The translations under genes and the position numbers were made by a program. Positions 54,687 through 63,308 of a stretch of 64,000 nt of DNA are shown in pieces (position 1 is the stretch's first letter; every line of letters starts with the position of its first letter). The notes under the pieces are model-generated. The model was not told the origin of the DNA. It searched no databases and was given only the letters and a program-made list of their open reading frames with translations. The DNA is from Pseudomonadota bacterium (lineage in GTDB: Bacteria > Pseudomonadota > Gammaproteobacteria > Burkholderiales > JAKAFK01), in assembly GCA_021788645.1 (NCBI GenBank), contig JAJYKK010000011.1, forward strand, positions 3,167-67,166, written 5' to 3'.

Positions 54687-56953
54687 TCATCAAGAAGATC
54701 CGGGCGAAAGCCGGGGCGCGAGCAAAAAGGAAGAGCAAGGCGGCTCACATTCGTGATCTGGTGGATTACATGCGCGAGCCGCACAACCGGAATCCGGCCG
54801 AGAAAGTTTTGTACGCGGGCGGCCGTGGGTTTATCGCCGACGGGCACGAGGCGCAGCGAGAAGAGATGGTTGCGCTGGCTTCCGAGGTCGTGCGCAGCGC
54901 GAATCCGGTCAACCACTATGTTATTAGCTGGCGCGAAGGGGAGCAGCCGACTCCGGAACAGATCGAACAGGCGGTCGAGATCGTGCTGGACGAGTTTGGC
55001 ATGCAGGGCCACCAGGTGGTCTATGCCCTCCATCACAATACCGACAACCTGCATCTCCACGTTGCCATCAATCGGGTGCATCCGGAAACGCTCAAGTGCG
55101 TCGAGATCAACAAGGGTTTTGACATCGAAGCTGCGCACCGCGCGATTGCAAGAATCGAACACGAGCAGGGATGGGAGCGTGAGCGGAACGGGCGGTATCA
55201 GGTGTCGGATGTTGGCAAGCTTGGACGTGAACATGTCGACACCGATACGCGGCGCAAGCCCAGCCAGCAACGGCGGGACATGGAGAACCAGACGGGCGAG
55301 AAATCGGCGGAGCGTGTCGCCATCGAAAATGCTGCCCCGATCATCAAACAAGCGCGGACGTGGGAGCAACTGCACCGCGAGCTTGCGGCGAAGGGGCTGC
55401 GGTATGAGCGGAAAGGCAGCGGCGCACTGATCTATGTCGGGGACGTTGCCGTGAAGGCTAGTGCAGCGGATCGAAGTGCCAGCCTGTCGGCACTGCAAAA
55501 GCGCCTGGGGCCGTTCGAGGCCGCGCACAACCATCAGCCGATTGCCGTCCGCGAGCCCGAGCCTTTGACCGGCGGCGAGGCCTCGCCGCCCGGATGGCAG
55601 GATTATATTGCTGGGCGGAAGGAGCACTATGCGAACAAGGCACAAGCAAAGCTCGAACTCGACTTGCGCATCGAGCATGAACGGGGCGAGCTTGCCGCGA
55701 GGCAGAAACAAGAGAGGCAAAGCACATTCGCGGGAAGTTGGAAAGGGCACGGCGCCGAGCTCAACGCCATGCGCAGCATCATGGCGGCCCAGCACGCAGC
55801 GGCGAAAGCCGAACTTCGCGAACGGCATGCACGCGAACGTGCCCAGCACCGGCAGCGGTTTCGTCCTTGGCCTGGTTTCGAAGAGTGGCAGCGAAGCCAC
55901 GGAAACCCCGAGTTGGCCGATGCCTGGCGTCATCGCGCGTCGGAACCGCAACATATGGAAGGTGAAGGCGAGCCACGGCCGAAGCTACGCGATATTCGCG
56001 CATTTACCGCCGAGGTGGTTGGCGCCAACGTCCACTATACCCGGCAGGACACCACGGGCCGCAATGTGCCGGCCTCATTCATTGATCGCGGCCGGCGTAT
56101 CGATATTCATGATTGGCGCGACCACGACTCCTTGCTTGCGGCGCTACAAGTCGCGAGCCAAAAATGGCCCAAAGGGATCACGCTTACCGGTAGCGATGAA
56201 TATAAAGCTGCCTGCGTGAAGTTGGCTGTCGCCAACGGGTTCCGGATCGCCAACGAGGAGCTGCAGGATGCGATCGCAGCTGAGCGCGAACGCTTGCAAA
56301 AAGAGCGGTTCGCAGGGCGCGGTCTGGATCTCTCACGGTCGATCGCCACGCCGGAGATCTCGGTGCCCGTCGAAAAGGTTACGCCTCCCGCCGCACCACT
56401 GTCACCACACGCGGCTTACAAGGTTCACTGTCAGGACATTATTCGGCGACAGAAAAAGGGGAGGCTCGATCCATCCAGGATCGACAGCATGGTCGCGTTG
56501 CGCATGCGAATGACCGGCCACAGCCGTGAGGAAGTTGAAGCCACGATCCGCCAATGTGCTGCCGAGCGCCAAAGCGAGGGTCGGGACTGGGATCGCTACG
56601 CGCAGCGTACAACCGCTTACGCCTTCGGCGCCGCGGGGAATAAGCAGACTGAGAGACTTGCACGCTATACAACTTTGTGGCGCCGCATGGAAGGCTGCGA
56701 GGTCATAATGATTGAGCAGGAACGGCGAGTGACTGGGCGATTTCTCGGGATTGAATCCGGCGCTGCGCCCGACCGCGCGATCTTGCGCATCGCGCGTGCC
56801 GGGCAGGAAATACGTGTCGACGTTGCTGCCGCCGCCACGCCGAGCGGTCTTCGCCCCGGCGATCCGGTCAAGCTCAGCTTCGATCCGAGAGTCGGTACGC
56901 AGGTTGAATTCGGCCGGGCGCCACGGTCGGAACGTGACAAAAGTTTGCAGTGA
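54683..56953 (+). CDS. MOBP-type relaxase (TraI_RP4-like) with extended C-terminal region
   Basis: Start overlaps the traJ-like stop (ATGA). IRDLVDYMRE (catalytic Tyr context) and the His triad HHNTDNLHLHVAINRVHP (RP4 TraI recalled as HHDTDNLHIHIAINKIHP). Confidence 0.9.
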   Translation: MIIKKIRAKAGARAKRKSKAAHIRDLVDYMREPHNRNPAEKVLYAGGRGFIADGHEAQREEMVALASEVVRSANPVNHYVISWREGEQPTPEQIEQAVEIVLDEFGMQGHQVVYALHHNTDNLHLHVAINRVHPETLKCVEINKGFDIEAAHRAIARIEHEQGWERERNGRYQVSDVGKLGREHVDTDTRRKPSQQRRDMENQTGEKSAERVAIENAAPIIKQARTWEQLHRELAAKGLRYERKGSGALIYVGDVAVKASAADRSASLSALQKRLGPFEAAHNHQPIAVREPEPLTGGEASPPGWQDYIAGRKEHYANKAQAKLELDLRIEHERGELAARQKQERQSTFAGSWKGHGAELNAMRSIMAAQHAAAKAELRERHARERAQHRQRFRPWPGFEEWQRSHGNPELADAWRHRASEPQHMEGEGEPRPKLRDIRAFTAEVVGANVHYTRQDTTGRNVPASFIDRGRRIDIHDWRDHDSLLAALQVASQKWPKGITLTGSDEYKAACVKLAVANGFRIANEELQDAIAAERERLQKERFAGRGLDLSRSIATPEISVPVEKVTPPAAPLSPHAAYKVHCQDIIRRQKKGRLDPSRIDSMVALRMRMTGHSREEVEATIRQCAAERQSEGRDWDRYAQRTTAYAFGAAGNKQTERLARYTTLWRRMEGCEVIMIEQERRVTGRFLGIESGAAPDRAILRIARAGQEIRVDVAAAATPSGLRPGDPVKLSFDPRVGTQVEFGRAPRSERDKSLQ

Positions 56954-56976
56954 CCCAACCCACCAGTAGGAGACAA

Positions 56977-57330
56977 ATGATGAGCATGCAACGCAGTTTC
57001 GACATCGCCGATTATGTCACTCGTGTAAAAGCTGGGCTCGAGGAGATGAGGCGATCGCAGCAGCCGGGACAGGCAGCGCGGGGGGGCAAAACCGACGTCA
57101 TACATGCCGCCAAGGCGGAGATCCTCGAAGCGCTACGCGAAGGTTACACGGCGCAGCAAATTGCCCTGGCTATTCGCAGTGCCGCCTTCCCCGTCCAACC
57201 AAAAACGATTACCGAGCTGGTGGGCTCCGGAACTAAGAAGCGCAAACCTGCTTCGCCCAGGGTGGTTTCGTCCACGCCGACCACGGGCGCGTCCCCAGGT
57301 GTTTTCGATCCAGGCGAAGCTGAGGTGTGA
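56977..57330 (+). CDS. Hypothetical 117-aa protein, possible small HTH protein
   Basis: ATG 56977 with AGGAG upstream, inside ORF 56950..57330. ILEALREGYTAQQIALAIRS resembles a short HTH. Confidence 0.45.
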   Translation: MMSMQRSFDIADYVTRVKAGLEEMRRSQQPGQAARGGKTDVIHAAKAEILEALREGYTAQQIALAIRSAAFPVQPKTITELVGSGTKKRKPASPRVVSSTPTTGASPGVFDPGEAEV

Positions 57331-57357
57331 TCGCTAAACGAAACAAGGGAGAACATC

Positions 57358-58101
57358 ATGAAAATAACGGTATTTTGCTTGCTCGCGGTCGGCATGGTCG
57401 CGGTCGTCTCTCCACCTGCTTGCGCCTCCGGCATGATCGACGGCGCCACTCTGCCCGAGCAGATTGTGCAGGAGGCGACCGCCGTCCAGCGGTACGAGCA
57501 GAGTGTTCAGCAGACCTACCAAGGGTTCCAATCCTTGTACAACCAAGCGAGGAACCTGGAAAGTCTGGCTCAGAACCCCGTGCAAAATCTGGGTCCCCTC
57601 ATGGGGCAACTGATCTCTGCGGTACAGACAGGGACAAACCTCACCTATGCTGGTCAAAACATCACCGGCATGTTTCAGAACCTCTACCAGAACTGGAAAC
57701 CTGGAGAAAATTTTGGCCAGGAATACAGCAATTGGCGCAACACGACGCTTGCCAATCTCCAGAACGAGCTTACGGCTGCCGGCCTGCAGGCGGCGGATTT
57801 TACCAATGAAACCAATGCCATTAACCAAGCCACTAAGTTGAGCCAAAGCGCCACGGGGCGGTTGCAAGCAATCCAAGCAGGCACGGCAGTATCCGCGATG
57901 CTCGCCCAGCAAGTGCAGGAACTGCGCCAACTCGTGATGAATGAGCAGCAGAGCCAAGTGGCGTACCGCGAGCAACAGATTCAAGGAGAAGCGCATGCAG
58001 ACGCCGCATCGGCGCAGGCAATTTCCACCTTTATAAGCGCGCCACCGGCCAGCGTGGGGAACGCAACCATCTCCCCAAGCAGCTTCTCCAACGTCCACTA
58101 A
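57358..58101 (+). CDS. trbJ: TrbJ/VirB5-like P-type T4SS protein
   Basis: Signal peptide. Gln-rich coiled coils (VQRYEQSVQQTYQGFQSLYNQARNLESL; GRLQAIQAGTAVSAMLAQQVQELRQLVMNEQQSQ). Size and position before trbL. Confidence 0.7.
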   Translation: MKITVFCLLAVGMVAVVSPPACASGMIDGATLPEQIVQEATAVQRYEQSVQQTYQGFQSLYNQARNLESLAQNPVQNLGPLMGQLISAVQTGTNLTYAGQNITGMFQNLYQNWKPGENFGQEYSNWRNTTLANLQNELTAAGLQAADFTNETNAINQATKLSQSATGRLQAIQAGTAVSAMLAQQVQELRQLVMNEQQSQVAYREQQIQGEAHADAASAQAISTFISAPPASVGNATISPSSFSNVH

Positions 58102-58117
58102 AAATCCAGGAGAAATT

Positions 58118-59596
58118 ATGAAAAAGACAAATCTGCGCCTTCTCGCCCTCGCCACCCTGTTCTTTTTGCCGGCGGTCGCCTCAGCAGCAGGAATCTTTGA
58201 CACGTTCCAAAGCTCGTTCGCGGTCGCATCCAGCGGCTGGTTTGCAAAAGCCCAAGGGTATGGCAGGGACCTCTTTGCCGCCCTTGCCGGCATCGAAGTC
58301 ATTTACATGTCTCTCCAGTGGGTACTCGATCGGAAGACGTTCGATGAGTTGTTGCCGATCCTCCTCCGAAAGATCCTCACGCTTGGTTTTTTCGCCTACC
58401 TGCTCCTCAATGCCGGTACGATTTTTCCCACCATCATCCGCACATTTGCAACGGTTGGTGCGAATGTCGCCGGCGTCCAGCAACTCACGCCGTCGACCTT
58501 GGTTGACGAAGGCGATGCGGTGGCATACGGGATCATGACAGGCGACTACAGCCCGCTCGCGCGGTTCAATGTGACTGTTCCGAATCTTGGCGGCGGAGGT
58601 GGAGGCAGTTCGGGCGCCAGCCAAAATACCTGTTCCATCTTGAACGTATACTGTAAATTTTCGAATACTGCCAATGCGTTAAAAGATTCCGTCACATCGG
58701 CGTTGAACAAGCTCGTATGGTTTCTCACCACTCTTGGGTTCGCCGCCCTCACCTGGTTTTGTTTCCTCATGATCGCCATTGAGCTCCTCGTGACGACGAT
58801 CGAGGCGGCGATCGTCGTCGGCCTAGCACCGTTCTTTCTTGGTTTCGGCGGGTCGCGATGGACCACGCAATTTGCCCAGGGGCCACTAAACTATGCTGTC
58901 AGTGTCGGCGTTAAATTAATGATCTTATATATGATTATTGGTGTCCTCATGGCGTCGGTCATCCCTTCTGTTGTCACTCAACTTGTCGCTGGCGGCGCCA
59001 GTAATTCGCTTCAGGGCGGATTGTCAGCTCTCCTTTCGGGCTCCACCGGCATCGTTTTAATGTTTATGCTTGCCAAGGCGATTCCGTCGAAAGCGCAAAG
59101 CTTGCTGTCGGGCGGATCGTTCTTGGGCGGAGCCCACGCGATCAAAGAAGCGACGGGAGGTGGCGGCGCGCTCGCTGGTCAGGCGGCGCTCGGGGCCGCC
59201 AGCGCAGTGGCTGTTGCTGCGACGGGTGGCGCGGGGCTTGCGGCGCGCGCCGCCGGCGGAAGCATTTCCGGAGGCGTTGGAAATGGCGGCGAATCATCAC
59301 CGATTCCAGTACCGGCAGGTAATTTAGCGCGAAGCGCGGCAAGCGCCGTCCAGGCTGGCGCGGGAGCACCTGGCGCGGCAGGGCCCGCCATTCCCGTCCC
59401 AGGAGCCCAACAGTCGGGAGGCGCGCCATCGATGGGGGGCACCGAGTCGGCAACCGCCCTTTCCCCTATCGGGCCGCCGTCTTCCGGCCGTATCGGTTCC
59501 CCACTAGGACAAAAGGTGAGTGGAGCAATCGAAGGTCAGCACGGCGCGGGACAGGTCCAGGCAAACCACATCAATTTATCGCACGGCAAGGAGTAA
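58118..59596 (+). CDS. trbL: TrbL/VirB6-like polytopic T4SS membrane protein
   Basis: 492 aa. Signal peptide, multiple TM helices, Gly/Ala-rich C-terminal tail. Typical TrbL organisation. Confidence 0.8.
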   Translation: MKKTNLRLLALATLFFLPAVASAAGIFDTFQSSFAVASSGWFAKAQGYGRDLFAALAGIEVIYMSLQWVLDRKTFDELLPILLRKILTLGFFAYLLLNAGTIFPTIIRTFATVGANVAGVQQLTPSTLVDEGDAVAYGIMTGDYSPLARFNVTVPNLGGGGGGSSGASQNTCSILNVYCKFSNTANALKDSVTSALNKLVWFLTTLGFAALTWFCFLMIAIELLVTTIEAAIVVGLAPFFLGFGGSRWTTQFAQGPLNYAVSVGVKLMILYMIIGVLMASVIPSVVTQLVAGGASNSLQGGLSALLSGSTGIVLMFMLAKAIPSKAQSLLSGGSFLGGAHAIKEATGGGGALAGQAALGAASAVAVAATGGAGLAARAAGGSISGGVGNGGESSPIPVPAGNLARSAASAVQAGAGAPGAAGPAIPVPGAQQSGGAPSMGGTESATALSPIGPPSSGRIGSPLGQKVSGAIEGQHGAGQVQANHINLSHGKE

Positions 59597-59597
59597 G

Positions 59598-59864
59598 ATG
59601 ATGTTTTCTTTGTTTGATCAAGAGCTTCAGGCGCAACGCAAACAGGCCCTCGCTGATTTCATGGCATTCGCAGCCCACATGAAGCTCGAATGCCCTCGCG
59701 AGTGGTTTGCACAGAAAGTCATGTTTGCAGCCGCAGTCGTCGGCGTCCTCGTCCTGCGTAGTCCGTGGGCCGCGTTACTTGGTTTCCCGATCGCGCTCAT
59801 CGGAGCGGCATACGTGCATGCGGACAAGCTGAGAGCGAAGTGGCAGATTTGGCAGCGACGTTAG
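59598..59864 (+). CDS. Hypothetical 88-aa membrane protein
   Basis: ATG 59598 one nt after the trbL stop, AAGGAG upstream. TM segments VMFAAAVVGVLVL and LLGFPIALIGAAYV. Confidence 0.4.
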   Translation: MMFSLFDQELQAQRKQALADFMAFAAHMKLECPREWFAQKVMFAAAVVGVLVLRSPWAALLGFPIALIGAAYVHADKLRAKWQIWQRR

Positions 59865-59905
59865 CAGCCCCGGCGCCGGTCTCCAACCCCCTGTGAGCGG
59901 TTGGT

Positions 59906-60079
59906 CTACCGCGCCGCAAGGCGGCGCGAGCCGGTGCGAACGATCCACTTTATGCCGCGAATCGAGCGCGAGATTGCGATGAGCGTGAAGCCAATCACGT
60001 AGGCGAGGATCTTCACGATGAGTTGACCAACCGCCCCGCCAATCTTCCAGGCGATGTAGAAGTTGAAGAGCGTCCTCAT
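59906..60079 (-). CDS. Unlisted 57-aa membrane protein (below the ORF-track size cut-off)
   Basis: Own translation: MRTLFNFYIAWKIGGAVGQLIVKILAYVIGFTLIAISRSIRGIKWIVRTGSRRLAAR, stop TAG at 59906-08. GGGAGGAAAG lies 6 nt upstream of the ATG. Directly downstream of the eex-like lipoprotein gene. Confidence 0.4.
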   Translation of the reverse strand: MRTLFNFYIAWKIGGAVGQLIVKILAYVIGFTLIAISRSIRGIKWIVRTGSRRLAAR

Positions 60080-60139
60080 GTTGTCTTTCCTCCCTTCGGG
60101 ATCCTGTCACCTACAGCGGCGGCTTTCAGGCGAAATGAA

Positions 60140-60538
60140 TTACTGGACGTTGCCGAAGGTGGCCGGGCTTATGCCGACATGCTGCACAGCCTGAGTTTTG
60201 GTTTTGTGCGCTTCGGTCCTCTTTGACGCTTCGGCAGCAACGGCCACCTTTGCGTCCTGGGCGGCGCGGCAGGTGGGCGTGAAGTTGTATGCCGTTCCCT
60301 CGGTGTTATAACACCAGAGCAACTCCTGCCTGCGCGCGGAGGCGTTGGCGGCAAACCACGCCTGCGTCTTGCCCGTGTACGTGCTCTGATTGGTCGGGGC
60401 TGTGCTGTTGGTAGGGCCATTGCCTGCGGAGCTGCTGGGACTAGTGGTGCCTGTGTTGTCACTGCCGTTGTGACATCCTGCGAAGAGGCCCATGAAAAAG
60501 ATCGACGTGGCCAGGAGGAGGTTCTTCATATTCTTCAA
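60140..60538 (-). CDS. EexN/TrbK-like entry-exclusion lipoprotein
   Basis: Lipobox LFAGC. AWFAANASARRQELLWCYNTEG...TPTCRAAQDA fits the recalled EexN pattern (W...N...r...L..C......p.C.nA). Confidence 0.55.
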   Translation of the reverse strand: MKNMKNLLLATSIFFMGLFAGCHNGSDNTGTTSPSSSAGNGPTNSTAPTNQSTYTGKTQAWFAANASARRQELLWCYNTEGTAYNFTPTCRAAQDAKVAVAAEASKRTEAHKTKTQAVQHVGISPATFGNVQ

Positions 60539-60587
60539 TCTCCCTCATTCACTGAGAAAACTCCGATTATGTCCCAAGCGCAATCTT

Positions 60588-60803
60588 TCAAGCGGAATGG
60601 ACCATGTGTGACCATGTGCCGATCAAAACTTCTTGCTCCAGTGCCGAACCTTCATCGTTTTGACGATCGAGGGCGGGGATAAAGAACATCGACTCTTGAG
60701 TGCGCTGGCCGCTACGAACCAGGTCGCGCTTTTCTTTCCAAAGCCCCGTCGAATCGTCGTCGACTTCAGACACTTCATGTTCGGTTCGTTTTTTCGTCGT
60801 CAT
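60588..60803 (-). CDS. Hypothetical 71-aa acidic protein
   Basis: ORF 60588..60860 trimmed to ATG 60803, preceded by AAGGAGG 6 nt upstream. No family recognised. Confidence 0.4.
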   Translation of the reverse strand: MTTKKRTEHEVSEVDDDSTGLWKEKRDLVRSGQRTQESMFFIPALDRQNDEGSALEQEVLIGTWSHMVHSA

Positions 60804-60872
60804 GAGAATCCTCCTTGCTCTTTGCCGGAAGCCTACAGCATTTAGCGTTCCTTCGGTCACCCACGGCGTAGA

Positions 60873-61397
60873 TCATAAGCCTACTCGTGCCGCCCAGGCC
60901 TGAAACGCTGGAAGATGCTTGGCCATAACCCACATCTGCCGCAACGCTTTTGCATCGTGCAGCGCATGATGCGGGGGGCGGTCAGGGCCGAAATACGCGT
61001 GTTTGTGCTCACCTAGCTGTGCCTGATAGTCACTCCCGAGGCTGTAGCTATCGAATCGAAGGGGCACGGGGGCAACGCTTGCGGGCCACGGATCCAATAT
61101 GCCTCTCAGGAACGTGAAATCGCACTCAGGCGAATCGGTCACGATCCGAACATTCCCGAGCTCCGAGATCCAGTTCTGTAACCGCATCTTCAGCTCTCCT
61201 GGCGGCAGGGTATGATGCCCGTCGAGAAGTGCCAGAATATGCTTGAAGACCCAGGGATCGCAGCACGCCAAGTAATCGCTTTCCGGCAACTCGGCATAGA
61301 ACTCGCGCCCACCGTCCTCTGTCACCAGACCGATCGATATGAGCGAAGGTGAGCGCTGGTCCAGGCCAGTGAATTCCGTGTCGAGAAAGATCAGCAT
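60873..61397 (-). CDS. DEDDh 3'-5' exonuclease (RNase T / DnaQ-like)
   Basis: ExoI MLIFLDTEFTG. ExoIII HHALHDAKAL (H-x4-D). 174 aa stand-alone domain. Confidence 0.8.
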   Translation of the reverse strand: MLIFLDTEFTGLDQRSPSLISIGLVTEDGGREFYAELPESDYLACCDPWVFKHILALLDGHHTLPPGELKMRLQNWISELGNVRIVTDSPECDFTFLRGILDPWPASVAPVPLRFDSYSLGSDYQAQLGEHKHAYFGPDRPPHHALHDAKALRQMWVMAKHLPAFQAWAARVGL

Positions 61398-61501
61398 CCC
61401 TGAAGTGCCTTAAGGCGTGCCTGCGCCTCCGGATCCGAAAGGCCACAGCTCGGATCTGTCTGCACGAACCTATCCCCGTCGTAATCGAGGAACAGCCACA
61501 T
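61391..61501 (-). CDS. Unlisted 36-codon micro-ORF coupled to the exonuclease gene
   Basis: Own translation: MWLFLDYDGDRFVQTDPSCGLSDPEAQARLKALQGC. The ATG lies 3 nt after the upstream gene's TGA, with AGGAAGG upstream. Its TGA overlaps the exonuclease ATG (ATGCTGA). Confidence 0.3.
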   Translation of the reverse strand: MWLFLDYDGDRFVQTDPSCGLSDPEAQARLKALQGC

Positions 61502-61504
61502 GGC

Positions 61505-61765
61505 TCAACCTTCCTGATGGCCTTGGCAACCCACTTCGTCGGCCAGGTTCTCAAGGTCGTTTTCAGCCGCTGTCGCTGTGTTGCGGATGAACCGCAACGC
61601 CACTGCGACATCCTCGATGTGCAGCGCCGCCTCCGGGGCACTCAGGACGGACAACGACAACGTTGCAAGCGCAAGGATCTCGACGAATCCCTTCCGTTGC
61701 CGCTCGTCCATTTCCCGGATTGTCCCACACAGGGTCTCGACTGTTTGCGGGCGTGGTGTAGTCAT
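61505..61765 (-). CDS. Hypothetical 86-aa protein
   Basis: Start overlaps the stop of the 124-aa gene (ATGA). No family recognised. Confidence 0.45.
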   Translation of the reverse strand: MTTPRPQTVETLCGTIREMDERQRKGFVEILALATLSLSVLSAPEAALHIEDVAVALRFIRNTATAAENDLENLADEVGCQGHQEG

Positions 61766-62136
61766 GCTATCACCTCCGCGCCCTTGTTGGACTGAAGGAG
61801 CGCCCGGAGAGTGTCCTGATGGCCGCGCACAAACATCCGTGCGTTCTCTTCGAGCATCTGCGCCAGGGCTTCATAGAAGGCCGTAGAGCCGTCCTCTCTG
61901 TCGAGGGCAAGGGTTACTTCCTCTCCGACGCTGATCGTGCCGTCTCGACCCATCTTGACGCGGAACTCGGCGGTCCACCCGTCGCCCCCAATCTCATACC
62001 ATGCGCCGAGCAGGACGCCCTCTACCCCGGGACGTCGAATAAGCATCGCCCCCGTCGAGACGTTTCCCTCAGCCCAGCCCAAGACAGGGCTACCCTGCAT
62101 TACGTTGAAATCTGTGCTACCTTCTGCAACAGCCAT
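61762..62136 (-). CDS. Hypothetical 124-aa protein
   Basis: AAGGAGG 6 nt upstream of ATG 62136. No family recognised. Confidence 0.5.
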   Translation of the reverse strand: MAVAEGSTDFNVMQGSPVLGWAEGNVSTGAMLIRRPGVEGVLLGAWYEIGGDGWTAEFRVKMGRDGTISVGEEVTLALDREDGSTAFYEALAQMLEENARMFVRGHQDTLRALLQSNKGAEVIA

Positions 62137-62167
62137 GACGCACCTCCTTGTAGGTGGGTTGTGGTTA

Positions 62168-62202
62168 GGCGTGAGCCGGGGCTGTAATCTCCGGCTTACG
62201 CC
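62168..62202 (-). promoter_or_regulatory. 12-bp-stem hairpin between the parG-like gene and the downstream operon
   Basis: ggcgtgagccgg (62168-79) / ccggcttacgcc (62191-202), one mismatch, 11-nt loop. No U-tract on either strand. Confidence 0.3.
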
Positions 62203-62209
62203 GCTTACT

Positions 62210-62458
62210 TCACTCCTTCAGCAATCCATGCTCAACCGCCCGGTAGATCGCCAAATTGATGATCGCCGCGCGGGACTGGCCAAGCTCCTTCGCGAGCTCG
62301 TCGACGCGCTTCAAAAGCTCAGGCGAGATCGTCAGGCTGATTTGCTGCTTGCTGCCTTTCCGCACACCACGCCGTTCCGCGTCCGGCGCCTTGGCCATGA
62401 AATCGTCGGCCGCCTTGTCCGGTAGGGGATTCTTGGCCTTCGGTTTCGTGATCGCCAT
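62210..62458 (-). CDS. Ribbon-helix-helix (CopG/ParG-like) partition/repressor protein
   Basis: ORF 62210..62485 trimmed to ATG 62458. KQQISLTISPELLKRVDELAKELGQSRAAIINLAIYRAVE is an RHH motif. Directly downstream of parA. Confidence 0.7.
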   Translation of the reverse strand: MAITKPKAKNPLPDKAADDFMAKAPDAERRGVRKGSKQQISLTISPELLKRVDELAKELGQSRAAIINLAIYRAVEHGLLKE

Positions 62459-62497
62459 TATGAGTGTCTCCGCAATGTTCCGCACATAATCTTAATA

Positions 62498-63139
62498 TTA
62501 ACGCAATGCGTCAACAAGTGCGCGCAGCTCCTCGACGGCTTTCCTGTCCGCCGGCTTCTGCTCGAGCACCGACAGGCCGGCCCCGGCCGCGTTCGCGAAG
62601 GCCTTGCGGCGCCGGATCGGCGTCGGCAGGTACTCGAATTGCGGGACGTCGGCGACAGCGGCAGCCGCCTCCAGGTTGTCGCTCGATGTCTCCCCCGGGT
62701 CGGCGCAGTTGAGTATGGCCAGAGCCCGCAGCCCGTCGCGCACGCTGCGCGCCTCGTCCACCAGCGCGGCGATGTGATCGAGCGCCCACACGTCGTAGCT
62801 TCTGGGCTGGAAGGGCACGAGCAGTATGTCGGAGAGCACCAGCGCCGCACGCAGGGCCGTCGAGTCGCGTCCGCCGGCATCGATGATCACGTCCTCGAAT
62901 TTCCCTTTCTGCTGCAGGACCTGGGCGCGCAGGGTTGGCCCGTCGGGATAGGTCGCGCACGCGATCCCGGGTTCCTGCCCCGCCTCGGCCCGGATGCCGA
63001 TCGCGGTTTGCGCGGTGCCTTGCCGATCCGCGTCGACCAGCCACACGTCGCGCCCCTGCATCGCTCGCGCGATGGCGAGGTTGACCGCCAGCGTGGTCTT
63101 GCCCACGCCCCCCTTGGTGTTGCCAACTGTGATAATCAC
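62498..63139 (-). CDS. parA: ParA-family partition ATPase (small, type Ib)
   Basis: GTG start. Deviant Walker A VGNTKGGVGKTT. 213 aa with no N-terminal HTH extension. Confidence 0.9.
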   Translation of the reverse strand: MIITVGNTKGGVGKTTLAVNLAIARAMQGRDVWLVDADRQGTAQTAIGIRAEAGQEPGIACATYPDGPTLRAQVLQQKGKFEDVIIDAGGRDSTALRAALVLSDILLVPFQPRSYDVWALDHIAALVDEARSVRDGLRALAILNCADPGETSSDNLEAAAAVADVPQFEYLPTPIRRRKAFANAAGAGLSVLEQKPADRKAVEELRALVDALR

Positions 63140-63243
63140 GCCGTATGCCTTTCATCCGTGGTGCGGTCAATACGCGATGCGCACTAATATTAACACGATA
63201 TGCTTAATGCACAACAGCAGGACGCGCTGTCAATGTATTTCTC

Positions 63244-63273
63244 TTGACGTGACTGACTCACATATTGTATTAT
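63244..63273 (+). promoter_or_regulatory. Candidate sigma70 promoter for the 151-aa gene, overlapping GTGACT repeats
   Basis: TTGACG (63244-49), 18 nt spacer, TATTAT (63268-73). GTGACT occurs at 63249-54 and 63274-79. Confidence 0.4.
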
Positions 63274-63308
63274 GTGACTCAGTAGCGTTATTAAAGGAGC
63301 ACGTAAGC

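Noticed and set aside
62511-63170. 219-aa minus-strand ORF overlapping parA in another frame
   Set aside because: The ParA frame carries the deviant Walker A box. This alternative frame is Arg/Gly-rich noise.
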